In this document: positions 1 through 7,623 of the stretch, one piece after another
Layout of the letters: each line of letters begins with the position of its first letter
How positions within the stretch are numbered: the stretch's first letter is position 1
From: Candidatus Hadarchaeales archaeon
GTDB lineage: Archaea > Hadarchaeota > Hadarchaeia > Hadarchaeales > Hadarchaeaceae
NCBI GenBank assembly: GCA_038872135.1
Contig: JAVZGN010000018.1
Span: forward strand, 8,302 to 21,660
DNA length: 13,359 bases
Direction: 5' to 3'
Notes under the pieces: model-generated
The model's database searches: none
What the model saw: only the letters and a program-made list of their open reading frames with translations
Told to the model about the DNA's origin: nothing
Program-made: the position numbers and the translations under genes

Positions 1-2
1 AA

Positions 3-842
3 GTTGCAACAGGCCTTCGGCCAGAGGAGTTGGTCGAGAAAATCAGAAATTTTGATGTTTTGGTCGTGAGGAGCGCGACCAAGGTGACGAGAGAAGTTAT
101 TGAGGCAGGGAAAAATCTCAAAATAATCGCAAGAGCTGGGGTCGGGCTAGACAACATTGATGTGGACGCGGCGAAGGAAAGGGGAATAACAGTGATCAAC
201 GCCCCAGAGGCCCCAACGATAGCTGTGGCGGAACTCACCATCGGCCTCATGCTTTCATTTGCGCGGAAAATCCCGAGGGCCGATAAAGGGATGAAAGAAG
301 GAAAGTGGGAAAAGGGGGAGCTGATGGGGAATGAACTGAGGGGAAAAACCCTCGGGATCATCGGGACGGGGAGGATAGGGAAGGCGGTGGCTCAGAGGGC
401 GAGGGCTTTCGAGATGACCCTCCTTCTTTACGATGTGATGAAGGATGAGGACTTTGCAAAGGCTGTTGGAGGAAAATATGTCTCTTTAGAGGAGCTGCTC
501 AAGAATTCTGATTTTATCACAATTCATGTTCCTCTCATCCCCCAGACCCGCCACATGATTGGTGAAAGAGAATTTGAGCTGATGAAACCTACAGCGGTCG
601 TAATCAACACTTCTAGAGGAGAGGTCATCGTTGAGGCCGCGCTCGTAAAAGCTTTGAAAAGTGGGCGGATAGCCGGGGCATGCTTGGATGTTTTTGAAAA
701 GGAGCCACCAGAGGCGAGCGAGCTTTTGGCCCTCCCAAATGTTGTGCTCACCCCCCATATAGGTGCATCGACCAAAGAGGCGCAGAGGGAGGCGGCATTG
801 ATAATAGCAAAGAAAATAAAAGAAGCGGTGAAGGAGAAGTAG
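3..842 (+). CDS. serA: D-2-hydroxyacid dehydrogenase, D-3-phosphoglycerate dehydrogenase-like (5'-partial, no ACT domain)
   Basis: Motifs [19 protein letters not shown]-binding GTGRIG, INTSRG, DVFEKEP and LTPHIGAST. The frame is open from the window edge ([10 protein letters not shown]...), so the true start is upstream. Substrate is uncertain. Confidence 0.8.
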   Translation, partial: VATGLRPEELVEKIRNFDVLVVRSATKVTREVIEAGKNLKIIARAGVGLDNIDVDAAKERGITVINAPEAPTIAVAELTIGLMLSFARKIPRADKGMKEGKWEKGELMGNELRGKTLGIIGTGRIGKAVAQRARAFEMTLLLYDVMKDEDFAKAVGGKYVSLEELLKNSDFITIHVPLIPQTRHMIGEREFELMKPTAVVINTSRGEVIVEAALVKALKSGRIAGACLDVFEKEPPEASELLALPNVVLTPHIGASTKEAQREAALIIAKKIKEAVKEK

Positions 843-847
843 AAACC

Positions 848-1375
848 ATGGAGAGATGGGTGCAGGAGAGGATGTCTGAATGGAAAAGCGGACCGGCCAT
901 CGTAAGAGTTGAAAGGCCCACAAAGATAAAGAGAGCCAGAGCTCTAGGGTATAAGCCAAAACAGGGAATTATTGTAGTTAGGGTAAGAGTCAGAAAGGGT
1001 GCGAGGAGGAAGATTAGACCAACTAGAGGGAGGAGACCAAAGAGGATGGGAGTTCTGAAGATAACCCCTAAGAAGAGCCTCCAACTCATCGCCGAGGAAA
1101 GAGCGGCGAGAAAGTTCCCCAACCTAGAAGTTTTGAATTCATACCATCTTGCCTCTGCCGGGACCCACGAGTTTTTTGAGGTGATAATGGTCGATCCCCA
1201 TCACCCGGTGATAAAATCAGACCCAAACCTAAACTGGATTTGCGAGTCCCACCACAGGGGGAGGGCTTTCAGAGGCCTAACGAGCGCTGGAAAGAAAGTC
1301 AGAGGGCTGAGGAGAAAGGGAAAAGGAGCGGAGGACATCCGGCCAAGCGTGAGGGGACGGGGAAGAATAAAATAA
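848..1375 (+). CDS. rpl15e: 50S ribosomal protein L15e (eL15)
   Basis: [57 protein letters not shown] and [19 protein letters not shown] and GGAG upstream at 827-836. Confidence 0.97.
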   Translation: MERWVQERMSEWKSGPAIVRVERPTKIKRARALGYKPKQGIIVVRVRVRKGARRKIRPTRGRRPKRMGVLKITPKKSLQLIAEERAARKFPNLEVLNSYHLASAGTHEFFEVIMVDPHHPVIKSDPNLNWICESHHRGRAFRGLTSAGKKVRGLRRKGKGAEDIRPSVRGRGRIK

Positions 1376-1408
1376 TTGTTTTAATCGCCCCCAGAAAATA
1401 GAACTCTG

Positions 1409-2215
1409 ATGAGGTTCGGTTTTCTCCTTGGATACGATGGTGAGAGATATTTTGGCTATGTGAGACAGCCTGGAAAACCGACCGTTGAAGAAGAACTCCT
1501 GAAGGCGCTAAGGTCTGCTGGAGTTATTGATAGCCCTAAGCAGGCTAGGTACAGGGTTGCTGCGAGAACAGACAGGAATGTTAGTGCAATTGGCCAAGTG
1601 ACAGCTTTGGACACCCTTCGACCGCCGGACCCTCTGCAGATAAATAAGCTTCTTCCACCCGATATCGCTCTCCTTGCGGTCGATGAGGTGGAGGATGATT
1701 TTGACCCGAGAACTCATGCGATAAACAAGCATTATCGGTATGTCTGTGAAACGCCCGAAAATTTCGACCTCAATGCCGCTAGAAAAGCAGCAGAACTCCT
1801 CGAGGGCAAACATGACTTCACGAAATTTTGTAAAATAGAGCCCGGAAGACCAACTGTAACGACAGTCCGAAAGATTATCGTTAAGTTGGATGATTTTCTC
1901 ACTTTCGACTTTGTTGCTCCAGTCTTTCTCCGCCAGCAGGTGAGAAGGATGGTAACTGGGATTTTGAAGGTTGGGAAGAAAGAAACAAGCCTTGAGGAGC
2001 TAAAATTGGCTCTTGAAGGAAAGACGAAACACTCGCTGCAACCCGCGCCACCAGATGGACTTTTCCTAGTTTCGGTAATGTTCAAGAGAAGGATTTTCTC
2101 ATCCCATAGAAAACTGGCGGAAAAATTTCTCAATCATCTCCAGGCGAAAAATGATCTCAGGAGCAGAGAGATGGCTCGGCTGCTCTCTGGCATGTTGCTT
2201 GATGTAAATTTTTGA
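1409..2215 (+). CDS. truA: tRNA pseudouridine(38-40) synthase TruA
   Basis: GYDG..YFGY.RQP, catalytic RTD (AARTDRNVSA), YRY, GKHDFTKF, FLRQQVRRMV and APPDGLFL. Confidence 0.93.
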   Translation: MRFGFLLGYDGERYFGYVRQPGKPTVEEELLKALRSAGVIDSPKQARYRVAARTDRNVSAIGQVTALDTLRPPDPLQINKLLPPDIALLAVDEVEDDFDPRTHAINKHYRYVCETPENFDLNAARKAAELLEGKHDFTKFCKIEPGRPTVTTVRKIIVKLDDFLTFDFVAPVFLRQQVRRMVTGILKVGKKETSLEELKLALEGKTKHSLQPAPPDGLFLVSVMFKRRIFSSHRKLAEKFLNHLQAKNDLRSREMARLLSGMLLDVNF

Positions 2216-2232
2216 ATTACCATTCTCGGAAT

Positions 2233-2574
2233 TTATCGTTTTCCCACGATCATTTTCATAACTCTTCTGCCATACGGGGTCAAGCTAAAGATGATGAAGT
2301 TTCTCACTTTCTTCGCTTTTATCAGCCCGGCTCTCTTCAACAACCGGAGATGATATGAGAGTCTCGGATAGTCGTATTTCGCCAAGGAGACAAAAACGCA
2401 TACGCATAGCTCCCTGACCTCAAGCGCCCTTAAAATTTTCAATCTGATCGGGTGGGAAAGAACCTCGAGCAACTTGAGAGGTTCACTTGGTGTTTCCCTC
2501 AGCCTTTTCTTTATCTTCAAGATCTCTCTCTTAGAAAGCTTATAGTCCGGTGGAAACCTGCACCTGAGTGACAT
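2233..2574 (-). CDS. arsR: ArsR/SmtB family metalloregulator (As(III)-sensing type)
   Basis: LSHPIRLKIL, ELCVC metal-binding motif, LSYHLRLLKRAGLI helix-turn-helix; adjacent to acr3. ATG at 2574 preferred over TTG at 2577. Confidence 0.88.
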   Translation of the reverse strand: MSLRCRFPPDYKLSKREILKIKKRLRETPSEPLKLLEVLSHPIRLKILRALEVRELCVCVFVSLAKYDYPRLSYHLRLLKRAGLIKAKKVRNFIIFSLTPYGRRVMKMIVGKR

Positions 2575-2580
2575 CAAATT

Positions 2581-3627
2581 CTATTGCTTTTTTGCTCCAA
2601 AAAATCCTCTAGTTTTTCTGCACAGCCATACGAGGAAGAGCATGATGGGGACTTCGGTTAGTACTCCTACAACCGTGGCGAGGGCAGCCCCAGACTTCAC
2701 CCCAAAGAGAGTTGTGGCCACAGCAATCGAGACCTCAAAGTGGTTACTTCCGGCGATTATTGCCGTTGGCGCAGCGTCTTCATATCCCAGATGAATCGCC
2801 CTTGCAACCAGATATGTTATCGCGAATACCAGGATAATGTTCACAAAAATTCCGGTGGTGATCATGGCGATTATCCCTGGAAGCTCCAAAATTATTTTTC
2901 CCTGATATGAGAAGAGGATGACAAGGGTTATGAGAAGCGCTGCTATCGCCATTTTGCCCAGTTTTGGTAGAAGCTTCTTCTGAAACCACTGCATGCCCTT
3001 TTTCTTTATGGCTAATCGTCTCGTGAAATACCCAGCCACAAGTGGTGTGCAGATGTAGATAGCTACTGCGAGAGCGATCGTGAGCCACGGGACAACTATC
3101 CCGGAAATCCCGAGGAGGAAAGTAGCAAGAGGTGCATAGAGGAAAACCATTGAAAGGGAGTTTATGGCCGTCATCACGAGGGTATGAGCCATATTTCCCT
3201 CCGCCAGGTAGCTCCACATCAGAACCATTGCCGTGCATGGGGCAACACCCAAGAGAATCATCCCGGCCTTATATCCTTGGGCCTGTTCCGGGGAAATGAA
3301 GGAACCAAACATCAGTGAAAGGAAGAACCACGCGAAGAGTGCCATTGTAAACGGCTTCACGGCCCAGTTCATGAAAAGCGTTAGTCCAATTGGTTTTGGC
3401 TCTCTCACAGCTTTTTTCACTTCGCTGAAAGGGATTTGAACCATTATTGGATAAATCATGGCGAACAGGCATATCGCGATTGGGATTGAGATGTTTGCGA
3501 TTTCCAGCGTAGCTAAAACCTCAGAAATTTCTGGCAACACTTTTCCAAGAAAAAGCCCGGCAAGTATACATAGAAATACCCAGATGCTAAGATATTTTTC
3601 CCATAATCCTAGCGATTTCTTCTGCAT
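2581..3627 (-). CDS. acr3: Acr3 family arsenite efflux transporter
   Basis: EKYLSIWV, MIYPIM, NWAVKPFTM, GVAPCTAMVLMW with the conserved Cys, SNHFEVSIAVA and VVGVLTEVP; about 10 hydrophobic segments. Confidence 0.95.
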   Translation of the reverse strand: MQKKSLGLWEKYLSIWVFLCILAGLFLGKVLPEISEVLATLEIANISIPIAICLFAMIYPIMVQIPFSEVKKAVREPKPIGLTLFMNWAVKPFTMALFAWFFLSLMFGSFISPEQAQGYKAGMILLGVAPCTAMVLMWSYLAEGNMAHTLVMTAINSLSMVFLYAPLATFLLGISGIVVPWLTIALAVAIYICTPLVAGYFTRRLAIKKKGMQWFQKKLLPKLGKMAIAALLITLVILFSYQGKIILELPGIIAMITTGIFVNIILVFAITYLVARAIHLGYEDAAPTAIIAGSNHFEVSIAVATTLFGVKSGAALATVVGVLTEVPIMLFLVWLCRKTRGFFGAKKQ

Positions 3628-3632
3628 AGTAT

Positions 3633-3660
3633 TTAAAAATATTTTTAACTATTATTTAAA
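3633..3660 (-). promoter_or_regulatory. acr3 promoter (TATA box TTTAAATA, 3660-3653) with 16-bp palindromic operator (3633-3648)
   Basis: TATA box about 26 bp upstream of the acr3 ATG (leaderless spacing). Perfect palindrome TTAAAAAT/ATTTTTAA lies between the TATA box and the start. Confidence 0.6.
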
Positions 3661-4193
3661 CATTTAGAAATGATACATGTAGGAGGGATCTCTTTTGCTA
3701 AATATACCTCCTCCGAGGCTTTCAGTATCTTTACGCCAAGTTCCTTTGCTTTTTTCACATCAATCTTTAGCACCACAGGATTTTTTGAGTGCCTTTTTGC
3801 AACTTTTAGGGCTTCCGCGGGAGTTCTGGAAAGATGGACCATAAGTCTTCTCATAGGCTTCAGCCCCTCCTTCATGATTTTTTCTAGCATTTCTGATGCG
3901 GTACCATGGTAGAGAACATCGACTTCAGCTTCAGGTAGATTTATCCGAACTGGGACCGAGTGCCCATACTTTGCCCTTATAAAACCCTCCTTTCTCTCGT
4001 ACCTTCCTTTTTTGTCAAGGTTCACGATTTCTATAAGATGGTCAGAAGTTACCCACGGAAACCTTCTCCTGAGCCTTTCGAGCACCTCTTTCTCAGAAAC
4101 AAACCCATTATCCGATCTGCGCACGCCGATATCGTGCCTTAGGATATACGCCAATGATTTGCTCAGCCTTTCCCTGAGCTTAGGCTCAAGCAT
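3645..4193 (-). CDS. kptA: RNA 2'-phosphotransferase Tpt1/KptA (NAD-dependent)
   Basis: SKSLAYILRH, KGRYE, IRAKYGHS, LYHGT and GLKPMRRLMVHLS; the catalytic Arg/His/Arg/Arg set appears present. Confidence 0.94.
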   Translation of the reverse strand: MLEPKLRERLSKSLAYILRHDIGVRRSDNGFVSEKEVLERLRRRFPWVTSDHLIEIVNLDKKGRYERKEGFIRAKYGHSVPVRINLPEAEVDVLYHGTASEMLEKIMKEGLKPMRRLMVHLSRTPAEALKVAKRHSKNPVVLKIDVKKAKELGVKILKASEEVYLAKEIPPTCIISKCLNNS

Positions 4194-4194
4194 C

Positions 4195-5340
4195 TTATCT
4201 CTTCCTGTAGCTCTTCCTGTAGACCGCTCTGTACTTCCCTGTCTTCTTGGGCTTCCTTAAGAACTCCTCCGGAAGCTCCTCGGTTTCCTCCCGGCAGGTT
4301 GGGCAGAGGAGAATAAGGTTTGATAAATCATCTCCCTCTTCTGGGTTTATCCTGTAAACCTTCACTCCATCCTCAGCCATGCACATCTCGCATCGCCCAC
4401 CCAAAATTTCGGACGCAAACATGAAAAAGAGCCTATCGGCCAGCATCTCCAGCTTGTCCCTCTTCTCAAGTTTTTCCAGCCACTCTCCAGGAATGGAATC
4501 CTCCCCGAGAAACGCCCCAGCGAGTCCGCCAGCCATGGAGGCAATTGTGTCAGCGTCTCCCCCCAACGCGGCAGAATTGAGGACAGTTTTTCTGAAGTCA
4601 GCGGGAAAAGAGAGGAAGAAGAAGATGGCAGCTGGAACGGAGTTCTGGGCCCCCCCGCCATTTCCAAGTCTCTCCACAATTTCCCGCTGGTCGAATGGTT
4701 TCGAGAGCAGAGAACCGATTTCATTCAGCTTTGTCAAGTACTCTTCACACCTTCCCGCCTCAACGAGCCTTCTCAAAAACTCATCCCTAGAAATCTCCTC
4801 GGTGATGCCACTTCTCGTGGCCATAGCAACTCCAAGAGCCTGCAAAACTGCTCCTTCAACCCCAAGGATGTGTGTGTGGGTAACTCTGCTTGTCGCTTCT
4901 GCCACCTCCCTCACTTTATCCAAATCATTGTTGTAGAGAAGGCCCACTGGAACTACTCTCATGGCCGCTCCATTCCCATACGACCCTTTGCCCCCCATCA
5001 CTTCTTTCGCAGGGACATCCCACCTTTCTCCAGCCTTAAGTCTCTGAATGACTATCGATGTTGTGTAACCATAGCCCCTCAAAGGATTGAAGTTGCTGAC
5101 GAAAGTCCTCGCCATGTCCTCTCCATTGAAGCCCTTGCATCTCACCAGAGATTCTGCAACGCCGATCGTCATCTCCGTGTCGTCCGTGAACTCCAGCCTT
5201 TCCCTCGAACCGGCGCTCTTCTCTACCTCTTCCAGGGAAGTCGGGGATCCACCCTCAAAGGGCGCACCAATCGCATCCCCAACAGCGACGCCCAGCATCG
5301 CCCCGCGAAATTTTTTTCTATAGTCAATTTTCGAAATCAT
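4195..5340 (-). CDS. ADP-ribosylglycohydrolase (DraG/ARH family) with C-terminal CxxC...CxxC HNH-like extension
   Basis: GAMLGVAVGDAIGAPFE, FTDDTEM, SYGNGAAMR, SRVTH and GGDADTIASMAG, with metal-binding Asp residues intact. Tail CEMC...DDLSNLILLCPTC followed by a basic terminus. Confidence 0.92.
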   Translation of the reverse strand: MISKIDYRKKFRGAMLGVAVGDAIGAPFEGGSPTSLEEVEKSAGSRERLEFTDDTEMTIGVAESLVRCKGFNGEDMARTFVSNFNPLRGYGYTTSIVIQRLKAGERWDVPAKEVMGGKGSYGNGAAMRVVPVGLLYNNDLDKVREVAEATSRVTHTHILGVEGAVLQALGVAMATRSGITEEISRDEFLRRLVEAGRCEEYLTKLNEIGSLLSKPFDQREIVERLGNGGGAQNSVPAAIFFFLSFPADFRKTVLNSAALGGDADTIASMAGGLAGAFLGEDSIPGEWLEKLEKRDKLEMLADRLFFMFASEILGGRCEMCMAEDGVKVYRINPEEGDDLSNLILLCPTCREETEELPEEFLRKPKKTGKYRAVYRKSYRKR

Positions 5341-6125
5341 AGAATCTCCGTCTCTTTTTGAACATCCAGTTCTCTCTCTTTCCCGAGAGCCCTTTCTATT
5401 GCAGCAAGTAGCTCAACTATTCCGCTGTTATGGGTGGCGGAAACCGCCAGGAGCTCGCCGGAAAAGCTCATCTTCTCGATGCTTTCTAAAATCCCGATGG
5501 CAGTCTCTCTCTCAAGAGGATTCGGCTCTTCCATGAGAGCCTCGAGTAACATACTTTTTTTCTCCATCCATCCCGCAGTCCTTTCCAGGACAGCCGGCTC
5601 AACAGCATCAGATTTCGTAAGAACATTTAACTGAGGTCTTCTGAACCTTGCGATAACCGAGGATGCGAGCATTAGCATCGAAACAAAGGAGCTGGGATTT
5701 TTTGCAAAAAATGAATCTATCAGAAACAGGACCATTGAATCTCCAGCTGGGCTAAGGCTCTCGACAACGGCGGGTCCGGTTTCCCTGAAGGCAAAGAGCT
5801 CCATCTGGCCAGGGGTGTCGACAATCACATAATCAACGTTCCACTTCTCCACCATCTCCCTGATCTCTGGAAGATGGTTGACAACAAGATCTACAGCCAC
5901 TATCAAAGCACCATTTGGACCCAACCGGAACTCTTTCATCACATCTGAAAGGGAGACATAGGTCCTGATGTCTATGTCTGGTGTGTAGGGGAGCCATTCA
6001 ACTCCTGGATCAAGATTGATCGTGATGGAATCTAGCTCTTGGGCGGAGATTGCATCGTGGAGGGCGGAAGTCAGGGTGGACTTCCCACATCCCGCCGGGC
6101 CCATGAGATATATGAGAGACGGCAT
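5337..6125 (-). CDS. GPN-loop GTPase
   Basis: GPAGCGKST P-loop, NLDPG, LGPNG signature, DTPGQME, TKSD and VSA. Stop overlaps the next start (ATGA). Confidence 0.93.
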   Translation of the reverse strand: MPSLIYLMGPAGCGKSTLTSALHDAISAQELDSITINLDPGVEWLPYTPDIDIRTYVSLSDVMKEFRLGPNGALIVAVDLVVNHLPEIREMVEKWNVDYVIVDTPGQMELFAFRETGPAVVESLSPAGDSMVLFLIDSFFAKNPSSFVSMLMLASSVIARFRRPQLNVLTKSDAVEPAVLERTAGWMEKKSMLLEALMEEPNPLERETAIGILESIEKMSFSGELLAVSATHNSGIVELLAAIERALGKERELDVQKETEIL

Positions 6126-6151
6126 TTCATCACATAAATTCCCAGCAGATG

Positions 6152-7240
6152 TTAAGGCTTTTTCTCCCAGAACAGGAGGGCCTCCCTCATTTTACCGATT
6201 TTTTTCCTTGAGGGGGTTGTGCACCACCGCTCGTTGACAACGAGAATTTTTTTCACTTTGAACCCGACTTCCTTTGCGATCTCACCGGTCTTTTCGCACA
6301 CCTCCACAACGCCATCTCTCGAGCCACCATCTGAGACAACGAAGCAAACTCTCGCCCCCGCCCCGCAAGCATCAAACAGTCTTGCGATGGCGATTTCGAG
6401 ATTTTGAAAATATCTCTCTGCAGTTTCTTCAAGGGTGCTCCCTGAGGAAGAAAAGTTGAGAAAGAGTTCTTTATTCTGGACGGGTGTTCTGAAAAGCCAT
6501 TCCTCCAGCCCATACACTGAGATGTATTCCTCTTTCATAAGATAGGGAGGAGAGGTAATGATTGCCGATACAGGTTTCTCCGGCTTCATCTCCCTTGCAT
6601 CTTTGAACTCAAGTTTCGTCGAGCATTCTTTTCGCCGGAAAATTTTCAGATCTCCGATCATCCTCTCAATCTCTTTTTTGAGGGCAACCTTCAGATTCCC
6701 CCCTCCTCCACTTTTTCTCAAAACCGCGCCATCTTTGGAAACTCCTCCAGCCCGCAAGGCGGCGTTTCGGAGAGCCAAAAGAAGAAGCCCTTGAACATCT
6801 TCCCTATCGATTTCAGAGATTTTTTGCATGAAAAAAGCGATGTCCTCCAGTAAACCTCTTGGGAAAACTCTCTCCAGTTTTCGAGCCGTGTCGATCTCCA
6901 CTTTTTCAAATTTACTACTCAAAATTTCATTTGCAAACTTTTGAATACCAGCAATCTCATACTCTCTCGTTTTTACCTTCGAGATGAAAAAAAGGACCGG
7001 ATGGACATCGCATCCAAGACAGTCGATTCCTCGCTCCTGGCATGCAAGCAGAACAGTTCCGGCCCCACAGAAAGGATCATAAACAAAATCTCCCTTCCCG
7101 AGGCGCCAAGAGTCTGCTAAAAGATGTACAAGGGCGCTTGAGAAGGATTCTTTCATCAAAAACCAGCGATAAACAGGCCTGCGCCTGTCTGTGAGAGGTG
7201 TCACCAGATTCTTTAACCTAAAATTTTTTGTGATTTTCAT
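6152..7240 (-). CDS. SAM-dependent amino-methyltransferase (N4-cytosine/N6-adenine DNA methylase-like), orphan
   Basis: Motif I VYDPFCGAGT, motif IV ITSPPY, N-terminal PVYRWFLMKESFS. Start moved to ATG 7240 because the longer ORF call runs antisense through the RNase P RNA gene. Confidence 0.8.
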   Translation of the reverse strand: MKITKNFRLKNLVTPLTDRRRPVYRWFLMKESFSSALVHLLADSWRLGKGDFVYDPFCGAGTVLLACQERGIDCLGCDVHPVLFFISKVKTREYEIAGIQKFANEILSSKFEKVEIDTARKLERVFPRGLLEDIAFFMQKISEIDREDVQGLLLLALRNAALRAGGVSKDGAVLRKSGGGGNLKVALKKEIERMIGDLKIFRRKECSTKLEFKDAREMKPEKPVSAIITSPPYLMKEEYISVYGLEEWLFRTPVQNKELFLNFSSSGSTLEETAERYFQNLEIAIARLFDACGAGARVCFVVSDGGSRDGVVEVCEKTGEIAKEVGFKVKKILVVNERWCTTPSRKKIGKMREALLFWEKKP

Positions 7241-7276
7241 CAAAAACTTATTATCCGCTTGGATGTAAATTATACT
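7241..7276. promoter_or_regulatory. Overlapping divergent promoters for rnpB (+) and the methyltransferase operon (-)
   Basis: On +, CAAAAA-C-TTATTAT (7241-7254) lies about 25 bp before the RNA 5' end at 7277. On -, TATAATTTA (7274-7266) lies about 26-34 bp before ATG 7240. Confidence 0.5.
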
Positions 7277-7574
7277 GCCGGCGAGCTGGTGGGCGATCAC
7301 GGGCGAAAGCCTGAGGAAACTCCGCCCATCCGGCAGCAGCGCAGCCCCCCAAGGGGTCCGGCCGAGAGGCTGGCAAGCGAAAAAAGAAACGGAACCCCGC
7401 GGTCCGTGGCAAGGATGCTGTAAAGCTGAGGTCGGGCCGATTGGGGATGAAACGGTTCGCTTGGCGTGGATGCAAGGGCAAGCTTCCACCGATGAGCGCT
7501 GCCTGAGGTGGGTGGTGGCCCGCTTAGACAGATGTCGCCTAAAACAGAAGGCGGGTTACGGCCAGCACGCCGGC
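7277..7574 (+). ncRNA. rnpB: Archaeal RNase P RNA, type A
   Basis: CR-I GAGGAAACUCCGCC (7313-7326) and CR-V AACAGAAGGCGGGUUA (7543-7558) form P4. P1 GCCGGCG.GCUGGU/GCCAGC.CGCCGGC, P3 CGGGC-GAAA-GCCUG, P5 CAUCC/GGAUG, P6 GGCAGC/GCUGCC, P8 GCCCC/GGGGU, P9 CCGGCC-GAGA-GGCUGG, P10/11 CAAGCGA/UCGCUUG, AGAAAC and UGAAAC in CR-II/III, P16 CCACC/GGUGG. Confidence 0.96.
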
Positions 7575-7583
7575 GTAATCGCA

Positions 7584-7623
7584 GAAAATAAAATATGAAA
7601 AAGTAATATAAAAAACAACAAAT
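7584..7623 (-). terminator. Oligo-T-rich archaeal terminator region after the carbamoyltransferase gene
   Basis: The minus strand reads TTTGTTGTTTTTTATATTACTTTTTCATATTTTATTTTCT directly after the stop codon, convergent with rnpB. Confidence 0.5.

Noticed and set aside
2233-4193. Functional link between Tpt1/ARH and arsenic resistance
   Set aside because: acr3 has its own promoter and operator candidate; adjacency alone gives no support.
4195-7240. Restriction-modification system formed by the methyltransferase and the HNH-like tail
   Set aside because: The HNH-like tail lacks the catalytic His residues and a housekeeping GTPase separates the two genes.
7241-7489. 83-aa N-terminal extension of the methyltransferase ORF, and ORF 7251..7481
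   Set aside because: Both are antisense to the GC-rich RNase P RNA gene, which explains the lack of stop codons; methyltransferase-like sequence begins only after ATG 7240.
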